Positions 27,051-34,244 of a stretch of 34,969 nucleotides of DNA are shown one piece after another. The stretch comes from a virus. Its lineage: Duplodnaviria; Caudoviricetes. The notes under the pieces were generated by a model that was given only the letters and a program-made list of their open reading frames with translations, was not told the DNA's origin and ran no database searches. Position 1 is the first letter of the stretch. Each line of letters starts with the position of its first letter. A program made the translations under genes and the position numbers. The stretch covers positions 1 to 34,969 of the IMG/VR virus record IMGVR_UViG_3300030330_003007. One strand, written 5' to 3'.

Positions 27051-28426
27051 AACGACCTGCTTTTACTTGTACCGACGCGCACCCGACGCGAGCTCGGCGC
27101 GGACGCGGTGTACTGTCTGCGATCTACTAACGTCTCGCCCCAATTCCACGTAATACAATCGTATCTTAAAGCGTCCAAAGGATCTTCGCGCCCGTCCTTT
27201 TTGGGTAATTCTTTATTGTCCCAACCGTAACTTAAAAGCGCTTTGCGTATCGAGTTACCCGTCGCCCGTTCGCCGGCGGTCCATACCTCGCGAGTAATCC
27301 GATATTGACCACGCGCAAACGCCCGCTTCAATCGTTGAACACCGTTTAAGATGTCGGTGCGTATCGGGTCGGTATTGCTCCTAAGCGGCATACCTAAACC
27401 CCGCGGCGGGTCGGCCCTCATCGCCCGAAATGCCGACCGGCCGGTTTGATCATTACGAGCCCGACCGGCCTTATCGGCGACCCCATAATCGAGCCAGATA
27501 CGCGAAGACGGTGCGCGATCCTTTAGCGACCTAGGCCACGCGACGCACAGTATCAACCGCGCTAACTCTTCGACAGTGACCTCGGCGGGGTTCATCTCAG
27601 CGGCGATCACGTCGGCACCTAAAGCGGGGTCGTGTACGATGATGAGCACCGACGGCTTACGAAAACCCCAATCAATCGCGATGCGCCCGCTCATGCTCGG
27701 ATGATAAACCCAATCATCTAAAACGTGTTCATCTTCGCGAAACTCCGAATAGACTAAACCCGACGGCGGGCGGGGCTTATTCATTACCATCGCTTCGCGC
27801 TCTTCGGGGGGTAACAGCTTAGTCGCCTCGAACCAAGCTTCGGATAGATTCGCTTCGTTGACGTACGACGAATAGAGAAGGGGCTTACACCCCGCGGTTT
27901 CTGCTAACTGTACCCACCATGCCCCCGACACCGGCAACCCGACGAGGATCATAATTGGCGATGGACCCGACCGAAGACGACCGAGCGCTTTTTGTGCGAC
28001 TTCTGATGTAAGCGTTTGGCACTCATCAACTAGACAAACCCCGCTTGTGATGTTGAGCCCCTCTAGAGGATTGTGAGTCGTGTCGCGGGTATTGGGTCGG
28101 AAGTATGCACGGCACCAAACCGACGACTTCGTTTCGGGGTCGAACCACTTGCGAAGCGTATGGTTATACGTCCAACCGATAGCACCTAACCATTTTTGCA
28201 TTTCGGGCATGAGAACGGATTGATAACGCGGGTTTGTATCAGTGATGAGTAGCGACGATGTCGCGGGGCGAGCTTGCGAAACGTAAAGCAACGCGAAGAC
28301 GAGCGCCGCCGTTTTACCCGAACCCCAACCGCACCGCGCCGCTATCACTCGTTGATCGCAGGTGATCGCGGTTATGATCTCGCGTTGAAGCGGATTTAAC
28401 TTAATCCTCGTCGGCGGGTTCGTCAT
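27047..28426 (-). CDS. terL: Terminase large subunit
   Basis: Walker A GWGSGKT, Walker B CLVDE, RNase H-like AIDWG and DPLDALRY; ATG 28426 has GAGG upstream. Confidence 0.92.
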   Translation of the reverse strand: MTNPPTRIKLNPLQREIITAITCDQRVIAARCGWGSGKTAALVFALLYVSQARPATSSLLITDTNPRYQSVLMPEMQKWLGAIGWTYNHTLRKWFDPETKSSVWCRAYFRPNTRDTTHNPLEGLNITSGVCLVDECQTLTSEVAQKALGRLRSGPSPIMILVGLPVSGAWWVQLAETAGCKPLLYSSYVNEANLSEAWFEATKLLPPEEREAMVMNKPRPPSGLVYSEFREDEHVLDDWVYHPSMSGRIAIDWGFRKPSVLIIVHDPALGADVIAAEMNPAEVTVEELARLILCVAWPRSLKDRAPSSRIWLDYGVADKAGRARNDQTGRSAFRAMRADPPRGLGMPLRSNTDPIRTDILNGVQRLKRAFARGQYRITREVWTAGERATGNSIRKALLSYGWDNKELPKKDGREDPLDALRYDCITWNWGETLVDRRQYTASAPSSRRVRVGTSKSRSF

Positions 28427-28826
28427 CGGTTGACGCCTCGTTGTTTGATTCGATGTCGCTGCGTAACTGATCAATCATATCTCGCACGATGTCGGCACCC
28501 GACGAGCTCGAATTGCTTACATTTAATTCTACTTCTCGTCGATCGCTCCATTCGTCCGGCGCGACATTTCTTAAAAATGTGTGAGCGGATCGCCAATCAC
28601 CTTTTAAGCCTTCTTGGATAAGCACATTAGTCATGAGCGCTTGTGGTGTTGTACGAGCCGCGGCACATTCTAAAGTCCACTCTCCTTCGGGGCCGGACTC
28701 TTCAAGCCAATTATAATATGTTTGTCGCGAAATGCGAGCTTGACCGCAAGCGGCTTTAATTGTTAAGCCGGCCCGCAGATCATTTAATAATTGATCTTGT
28801 TTTTGCTCTTTGACTTTTTGGTCCAT
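28401..28826 (-). CDS. terS: Terminase small subunit
   Basis: N-terminal HTH (TIKAACGQARISRQTYYNW), GDWRSA..FL...P.EW motif, overlaps terL start. Confidence 0.75.
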   Translation of the reverse strand: MDQKVKEQKQDQLLNDLRAGLTIKAACGQARISRQTYYNWLEESGPEGEWTLECAAARTTPQALMTNVLIQEGLKGDWRSAHTFLRNVAPDEWSDRREVELNVSNSSSSGADIVRDMIDQLRSDIESNNEASTDDEPADED

Positions 28827-28876
28827 TTTTATTACGCCCGCGCATATGGGGTGTCTAATATGTAAAGTTAATTAGA

Positions 28877-29053
28877 TCACTTGCGATCAATCGCACTCAA
28901 AACACGCTTAATGTTCTGATACAGATTAACACAATCTCTTATCAATTTCAGGTCGTCGGGGTTGTTCGGGTCTAGGTCATCCAATAACCTAACGATCACC
29001 ATTTCTTGAAGCTCTTTTAAGATGTCGAAACCGTCGTCGTTTTGTTCGCTCAT
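28877..29053 (-). CDS. 58-aa hypothetical protein (below ORF-track cut-off)
   Basis: MSEQNDDGFDILKELQEMVIVRLLDDLDPNNPDDLKLIRDCVNLYQNIKRVLSAIDRK*; ATGA-coupled to upstream gene. Confidence 0.65.
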   Translation of the reverse strand: MSEQNDDGFDILKELQEMVIVRLLDDLDPNNPDDLKLIRDCVNLYQNIKRVLSAIDRK

Positions 29054-29247
29054 GACTGCCTATGCTTTCGATTTGATGCTCTTTGATTCGCTAAACGCTC
29101 GTCGCGTTGTTCGGGTGTCTCGGCGGCTCGTTTACGTCGCGCATAATCGCGTTGATATGCTAACCGTCGTTCGCGTTGTTCGGGTGTCTCGGCGGCTCGT
29201 TGTGCTCGTCTATAAAGCGCAATATAAGACGACTGTACATCACTCAT
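29050..29247 (-). CDS. Small basic protein with two 23-aa STPR-like repeats
   Basis: ETPEQRERRLAYQRDYARRKRAA / ETPEQRDERLANQRASNRKHRQS; ATGA-coupled at both ends. Confidence 0.7.
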   Translation of the reverse strand: MSDVQSSYIALYRRAQRAAETPEQRERRLAYQRDYARRKRAAETPEQRDERLANQRASNRKHRQS

Positions 29248-29432
29248 CTTTTACTCACTTTAAACAGCCAAGGCGGCATATCATCCGCGGGTAGATCCTC
29301 GCCGAGAAGATGAGCCGGCCATTTATTACCGACATTGAATTTATTGCGAGCTCGTTGTCGAACCGGCTTACCCTTGAGTTTAGCTTGAAGCGCGGCGAGC
29401 TTGTCGGCTGCCCGTTGTCGGTTGATGCTCAT
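29244..29432 (-). CDS. Small basic hypothetical protein
   Basis: ATGA-coupled at both ends; shares ADKLAALQ with upstream gene. Confidence 0.65.
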   Translation of the reverse strand: MSINRQRAADKLAALQAKLKGKPVRQRARNKFNVGNKWPAHLLGEDLPADDMPPWLFKVSKR

Positions 29433-30847
29433 GATTCAAGCCTCTTTTTTAAAGAGGCAATAATATGATCGCGTTCAGCGATCTCATACTCTAAATCTAT
29501 AATCCGTTTAGCAAGTCTTGAGTGCACTCTTCTCCCTGATTCGCTATACAAAAATCTTGAACGGGCATTATTTAATACTTCGACCTCTGCGACCGCTTTT
29601 AACTCTTCGACCTCTGCGACCGGTTGCGGCGCTTCGACGTCGTCTAAATGCTTTAAAAGCGCGTTAACATGATCTTGATGAGTCCAAGAAATACTCGGTA
29701 TACCTTTAAAATTATTAGTGATTGGGTCAAAAATCAAGTAATGATGTATCAGGCCTTTTGACTCTAAAACCTCATGAAAACGCCTTAAACATTCAAAATA
29801 ATCATAGGAAGTGTCGCAGACCTTCCAAGGATATTTCATGTCCGAATCATTCAGATGATTCTTGAAAATCTTTGTAAGTCGAAGCCGTCCTATTTTATCG
29901 TTAGCTTTAGCGACCTTAAGGCCGAAATGTATAAACGTTAGAGCGATAAAAAATTCTCTTGGATTAAGAACATGTATCCGAGTTGATACATAACCTACGC
30001 TTGTTAAGCGATCCTTTAAACGCTTTTTTGTATGTTGATCAACTTCTAAGTCTTTAATGTAGACTAAGCTTGTAGCGTTGATACTCCTCTTATCATGTCT
30101 ATCTTCAAGTATGATTGAAGCATAATCGAGCTCATCAAAATGATATCGTCTCTGATTATCATACATGATCAATTCTTGTGCGGGCCTGGCGAGCTCGGCA
30201 GCCTTCATTCTTGGTTGAAGCGCGGCGAGCTTGTCGGCAACACTCATATCTGGGTGTGCTTCGGGGGCGGTGTCAACCCGATCTAATCTCAAGCCGTGAT
30301 AACTTAAGACTTGGTCGATATCAATGTATCGACTCTCCCCAACTCCGGTGAACGGCCATTTAAACATCGAATCACGAAATGTTAGATGATTAGGGTTAAC
30401 GAAGATGTCGTTAACATCTAAAACGGTATACTGAACTCGTGTAGACCAACCATATATGACATGCGCTGAATGATAAGCGTTTAAAAATGCAGTTCGATCA
30501 TTTCTTAGTGCGTCTAGTTCGCTTATGCGGTTCACCTGATGAACGCCAATAATCGCGACGTACAAGAAATTTTCAGCGGTTGCGGCTTCGAGCCCTTGCT
30601 TTAGTTGATGAGCAAGTTTTAACGTAATAAATTCAGGGTCCATGGCATCGGCTTGCCTGATGAATTTACGACTCTTTAACTCAATAAGCGTCCGACAAGG
30701 TGTTTGAAAATCTGCGAATGATGCGCGGTCGTCGGTTACTTTTCTGATATCTTGGTCGTATGCCCTCATGAGGCTTTGACCTACACAATGTTCGAAAGTC
30801 GAACCGACCCTGAAATGTAACTCAGTATTATGATTTGTCATATTCAT
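29429..30847 (-). CDS. Hypothetical protein with possible N-terminal PD-(D/E)xK nuclease-like motif
   Basis: Long AT-rich ORF; FE...ADF...LIELKSR pattern. Confidence 0.55.
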   Translation of the reverse strand: MNMTNHNTELHFRVGSTFEHCVGQSLMRAYDQDIRKVTDDRASFADFQTPCRTLIELKSRKFIRQADAMDPEFITLKLAHQLKQGLEAATAENFLYVAIIGVHQVNRISELDALRNDRTAFLNAYHSAHVIYGWSTRVQYTVLDVNDIFVNPNHLTFRDSMFKWPFTGVGESRYIDIDQVLSYHGLRLDRVDTAPEAHPDMSVADKLAALQPRMKAAELARPAQELIMYDNQRRYHFDELDYASIILEDRHDKRSINATSLVYIKDLEVDQHTKKRLKDRLTSVGYVSTRIHVLNPREFFIALTFIHFGLKVAKANDKIGRLRLTKIFKNHLNDSDMKYPWKVCDTSYDYFECLRRFHEVLESKGLIHHYLIFDPITNNFKGIPSISWTHQDHVNALLKHLDDVEAPQPVAEVEELKAVAEVEVLNNARSRFLYSESGRRVHSRLAKRIIDLEYEIAERDHIIASLKKRLES

Positions 30848-30882
30848 TTATCAATTCTCTCTTATCAATTCTTTAAAGGTGT

Positions 30883-31314
30883 TTAACGGCGCGTAAATCC
30901 CTCGCCCCAAGGTGTCGGGTTATGTTGTGTGTTACTGGCAAACGTCGCGACGGGTTCGGGCGGCAAAAATGGATCGTTTCGGCGTTCGGTGCTCGTCTCG
31001 TCGCGCTTCGTTAGATTGCGCCATTTTTCGACTTTGACCTCCCATAAACGGCCCGTGCCGTCGGTCTTCTCAAAGCTCCGCAACTGCCCAACGACCGAAA
31101 CGAGGTTGCCGCGCTTAAGCGTTTGCGCGGCTCGTTCGTATGAGCGATTCCAAATTTTGAGCGTATGCCACTCGCTTGATTCTTGCCAGGTACCCGATGA
31201 ATCTTGATAATACTCGTTTGTGACGATGCGTAGATACGCATATGTCGTCCCGCTTTGAGTAGTTCGTAACTCTGGGTTATCGCCTAGTCTGCCGACTAGC
31301 TGAATTTGATTCAT
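30883..31314 (-). CDS. ssb: Single-stranded DNA-binding protein
   Basis: MNQIQLVGRLGDNPELRTTQSG, EWHTLKIW, LKRGNLVSVVGQLR; GGAG SD. Confidence 0.95.
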   Translation of the reverse strand: MNQIQLVGRLGDNPELRTTQSGTTYAYLRIVTNEYYQDSSGTWQESSEWHTLKIWNRSYERAAQTLKRGNLVSVVGQLRSFEKTDGTGRLWEVKVEKWRNLTKRDETSTERRNDPFLPPEPVATFASNTQHNPTPWGEGFTRR

Positions 31315-31357
31315 GTTGTCTCCGATCAATACTCACCGCCCTTCGAGCGGTTTGAGT

Positions 31358-31386
31358 ATCCTAGACCATGCCGGCCATAAGTGCAA
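31358..31386 (-). promoter_or_regulatory. Putative ssb promoter TTGCAC-N17-TAGGAT
   Basis: Sigma70-like boxes directly after the terminator and ~45 nt upstream of ssb ATG. Confidence 0.55.
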
Positions 31387-31388
31387 CG

Positions 31389-31418
31389 AAAAAACCCCCA
31401 ACCGAAGCCGAGGGTTTT
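31389..31418 (-). terminator. Intrinsic terminator with cUUCGg tetraloop
   Basis: Minus strand CCCTCGGC-TTCG-GTTGGGGG-TTTTTT; G-U pairs work only on this strand. Confidence 0.8.
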
Positions 31419-31518
31419 AAAGAGCGCTGAGATCAACGATTGACATTATCTTTAAAAAAGAAAGTTTAACAAACGGCGCTGACTTAACGTTAACTCGTTA
31501 GATGCCCGTCGTCAAGCG

Positions 31519-31755
31519 TTACATGCCTAAACGTCGATAGACGTCATTGATAGCGTCGATGATCGCGTCGCGGTCGTATAGATCACAGTACGGATAATAA
31601 GCTTCAAAGGTCGATGAGATACAGTGTAACACTTGATACTGATTAATTCGGTACGGTGCGGAGTCGAAAGCGTTAAGCAGACGATCAAGGTGCCGTCGAA
31701 GTTGTCCGGCGTCGTAGCGCTTCATAGTGGTTTCTTTTAGTCGTTTCATAATCAT
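31519..31755 (-). CDS. Hypothetical protein
   Basis: 78-aa ORF co-oriented between dnaC-like and ssb. Confidence 0.55.
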   Translation of the reverse strand: MIMKRLKETTMKRYDAGQLRRHLDRLLNAFDSAPYRINQYQVLHCISSTFEAYYPYCDLYDRDAIIDAINDVYRRLGM

Positions 31756-31875
31756 TACTCTCTGCGACGTGGTCGCGGTTGTCGGTTAGTGTTGCGTCGT
31801 GTTGACCTCTTCACTATTCCCGACTTTAAAGTGCTTAGTCAAGCTAATTTCAAATAAACTTGAAACTTACTTGAA

Positions 31876-32844
31876 CTACCGACCCCAAAACCCCAAGTTA
31901 TCGGAATCAATCCGACGGTCGCGCCCCTTCATTTGGATTGTAGAATGTTTAAACATGCCGGTAAGTCGTGACCGTACGGCGCTATTATCGTTGAGCGCGT
32001 GTATCAGTTGATTCGGGTGCAAGTTGCTCGTAAAGACAACCGCGAGTTCGCCGGCGCGGTGCATCCGATAGATTTGCTCGATAATCTGTATCGACTGATC
32101 AACCCACCACGCGCTTTTATTCGCGCTTCCACCGATGCCGCCGAGCTCATCAACGAGCAGAAGGTTGACCCCGTTTAACCAATTTTTCAGAGGATCTTTA
32201 GCGTTGCGGTCGTTGAACGTTGAACGAATCGCACTCATGAGCGACGAATGCGAGATGTATCGAGCGCGACGCCGGCGTCGCGGGTCGTGATAGCGATCAT
32301 AGTACGCAGCCTCACGGGCGAGACAATAAAGCGCCGAACTCTTACCGTTTCCGCTTGTACCGAAGAGAAACAGCGCCGGCGGCTTCGTGATGTCGGGGTC
32401 GCGTTGTATCCATCGTCGTAAGTAATCAAGCGCTTCAAATTGCTCTTGAGAGTCGCATTTATAATTCTTGAAATGCATATCAATCGCGTCGGCGGGCAAC
32501 CTGAGCTTGTTAAGTCGGCTTATGAAACGGCGTGGTACTTCGCAGTGTTGACACATCCTCGCAGTATCCGCGGTGCCGTTAAAATGTCGCTCGTAATGCC
32601 AACCTTCTTGACATCGACCACAGTAGGGTACATCGCGACCGGTTAGTGTTACCTCGCCGCGTTCGATCCAATCGTTAGCCTCAAGTGAGTCATGAGAGAG
32701 GAACGACCAATCGCCGAAAACGGGTTCAGGGTTGCCGAGCTCTTCGGATCGGTTCCGAGAGAGTTGTTTTAGTGTTCTCAGTTGCTCGTTGATATTCGGC
32801 CCGAGAGCATCGGCCAATTTTATCATGTCAATTTCTAAACTCAT
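31876..32844 (-). CDS. DnaC/IstB-like AAA+ helicase loader with Zn-binding motif
   Basis: CGRC...CQHC, Walker A GTSGNGKS, Walker B LLLVDELG, FTSNL, SRL, GRDRR; AGGAG SD before ATG 32844. Confidence 0.88.
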   Translation of the reverse strand: MSLEIDMIKLADALGPNINEQLRTLKQLSRNRSEELGNPEPVFGDWSFLSHDSLEANDWIERGEVTLTGRDVPYCGRCQEGWHYERHFNGTADTARMCQHCEVPRRFISRLNKLRLPADAIDMHFKNYKCDSQEQFEALDYLRRWIQRDPDITKPPALFLFGTSGNGKSSALYCLAREAAYYDRYHDPRRRRRARYISHSSLMSAIRSTFNDRNAKDPLKNWLNGVNLLLVDELGGIGGSANKSAWWVDQSIQIIEQIYRMHRAGELAVVFTSNLHPNQLIHALNDNSAVRSRLTGMFKHSTIQMKGRDRRIDSDNLGFWGR

Positions 32845-32845
32845 T

Positions 32846-33385
32846 TCAATAACTCCTATAAGCACTCTTCATTCGCTTTTGTGCGTCTCTGATTCGTTGT
32901 TCTCTGAGTTGTCGCTCAGTCATCATCGGTCTAATTGTATTCTTAATTGTATCTAGATTGTTATCCTCTATTGTAAGTGTATCAATCCGCGATAGGGGGG
33001 GTGTATCAATCCGCGATACAGGGGGTGTATCAATCCGCGACACAGGGGGTGTATCAATCCGCGATACAGGGGGTGTATCAATCCGCGATACACTTAGGAT
33101 CATCTTAACGTTAACGTCGACGACCGTGCGCTTAAACATCTGTTTACCCGCCGCCGTCGTCGTTGCGTTCAGTCGAGACGTGATCAACCCCGCCTCATTT
33201 AGCTTTTTAAGCGATGAGCGCACCGAGCTCGCCGAGAGGTTCATACGCTGCGCTAGATCTCTGAACGATACCTCACCGCGCCACGTCTCCCAATTTACGC
33301 GCGATATAACGCCGAGTAGTGTAAGCTTCACGGCCGGCGACAGCTTCAAGCCGTACGCCGCTAGTCTTACTTCATGTTCATTCAT
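32846..33385 (-). CDS. Replication initiator (lambda O-like organisation, winged HTH)
   Basis: SFRDLAQRMNLSASSVRSSLKKLNEAGLI HTH; internal iterons; precedes DnaC-like gene. Confidence 0.8.
   Translation of the reverse strand: MNEHEVRLAAYGLKLSPAVKLTLLGVISRVNWETWRGEVSFRDLAQRMNLSASSVRSSLKKLNEAGLITSRLNATTTAAGKQMFKRTVVDVNVKMILSVSRIDTPPVSRIDTPPVSRIDTPPVSRIDTPPLSRIDTLTIEDNNLDTIKNTIRPMMTERQLREQRIRDAQKRMKSAYRSY
32977..33093. repeat. Five 24-bp-period iterons, putative replication origin
   Basis: gtgtatcaatccgcga at 32977, 33001, 33025, 33049, 33073; internal dyad GTATC-N7-GATAC; AT-rich flank ~32930-32976. Confidence 0.85.
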
Positions 33386-33425
33386 TCTTGAACCTTTCAA
33401 GTTGATGTCAAATAATTTATAAAGT

Positions 33426-33458
33426 AGCTTGACATGACTTTTAAAACTATGTCAAGCT
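33426..33458. promoter_or_regulatory. Palindromic operator in the divergent control region
   Basis: AGCTTGACAT-N13-ATGTCAAGCT perfect 10-bp arms, each containing TTGACA. Confidence 0.7.
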
Positions 33459-33497
33459 CGTTTCACAACTTTTGATCATGCTTGAAAGGTAAGCATT

Positions 33498-33926
33498 ATG
33501 AACGATGAAAAACGAAAGATCATTACGGCGCTTAAAGTTCGCGTCGTTGCTGATCGTGCCGGCGTGACGCCGTCATACATTTACGCATTGATAAAGGGTG
33601 ATATGAAATCGTCCCCTCATCGCGCTGTCGAACTCGCAAAGATTCTTAATACAATGTGCAACGAGTACGGAATCGAGCCCGCCGAATCATTTAACGCCGT
33701 CGATTTTAACGCCGACCTGGACCCGTCGTTACACGTAAGCCCCGACGCATCATTTAACGTGTATTGTCTCGCGTTTGCGGAGTCTCGGCAAATGACCGCG
33801 GGCGAGCTCACTGAGCGATTCTCTAGTGATCGCCGATTGGGTAAAGCGTTGATGATGTTGCAAGCTAGAGAGGTGCCTTTCATTTCTTATGAAGGCTGCA
33901 TCATCAAGCATGAGGGGACTTGGTAG
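33498..33926 (+). CDS. HTH transcriptional regulator (Cro/Xre-like N-terminus)
   Basis: VRVVADRAGVTPSYIYALIKG HTH; first gene of the divergent operon; no S24 peptidase seen. Confidence 0.7.
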   Translation: MNDEKRKIITALKVRVVADRAGVTPSYIYALIKGDMKSSPHRAVELAKILNTMCNEYGIEPAESFNAVDFNADLDPSLHVSPDASFNVYCLAFAESRQMTAGELTERFSSDRRLGKALMMLQAREVPFISYEGCIIKHEGTW

Positions 33927-33927
33927 T

Positions 33928-34134
33928 ATGTGCGTAACTGATCAATATCCTACATGCTACGACCTAAAACCGGTCGTCATTGAACCCGCCCGCCCGTCGA
34001 TCACCGACGTCGAACTCGCCGCGCTTCGGGGTGTAGACCTCGCCGAGTGCATCAACGAACCTTTTAACCGCTTTGACTTCGCCCGTGCAAGCGTTCGACT
34101 TGTCGCTCGTATCGCTCGCCAGGTTCGCCGATGA
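33928..34134 (+). CDS. Hypothetical protein (68 aa)
   Basis: ATG 1 nt after upstream stop, GAGGGG SD, ATGA-coupled to next gene. Confidence 0.55.
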   Translation: MCVTDQYPTCYDLKPVVIEPARPSITDVELAALRGVDLAECINEPFNRFDFARASVRLVARIARQVRR

Positions 34135-34223
34135 ACCCACTAGACCGTCGCATTAAACGCGACCTTATCATCATCATCACACTGTTCATCATTATCATTA
34201 TACTGATGATCATTAAATTCTGA
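34131..34223 (+). CDS. 30-aa single-pass membrane peptide
   Basis: MNPLDRRIKRDLIIIITLFIIIIILMIIKF*; ATGA coupling; fills the gap before recombinase. Confidence 0.6.
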   Translation: MNPLDRRIKRDLIIIITLFIIIIILMIIKF

Positions 34224-34244
34224 GTATTGATTGGAGACAACGAA

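Noticed and set aside
29022-29294. 90-aa plus-strand ORF with repeat
   Set aside because: Antisense to a chain of ATGA-coupled minus-strand genes
31440-31470. Plus-strand promoter at TTGACA
   Set aside because: No acceptable -10 box at 16-18 bp spacing
32977-33093. CRISPR-like array
   Set aside because: Units are tandem with near-constant short linkers and no unique spacers, inside a replication gene; iterons fit better
32958-33422. 154-aa plus-strand ORF
   Set aside because: Antisense to the initiator; openness explained by the repeats and codon bias
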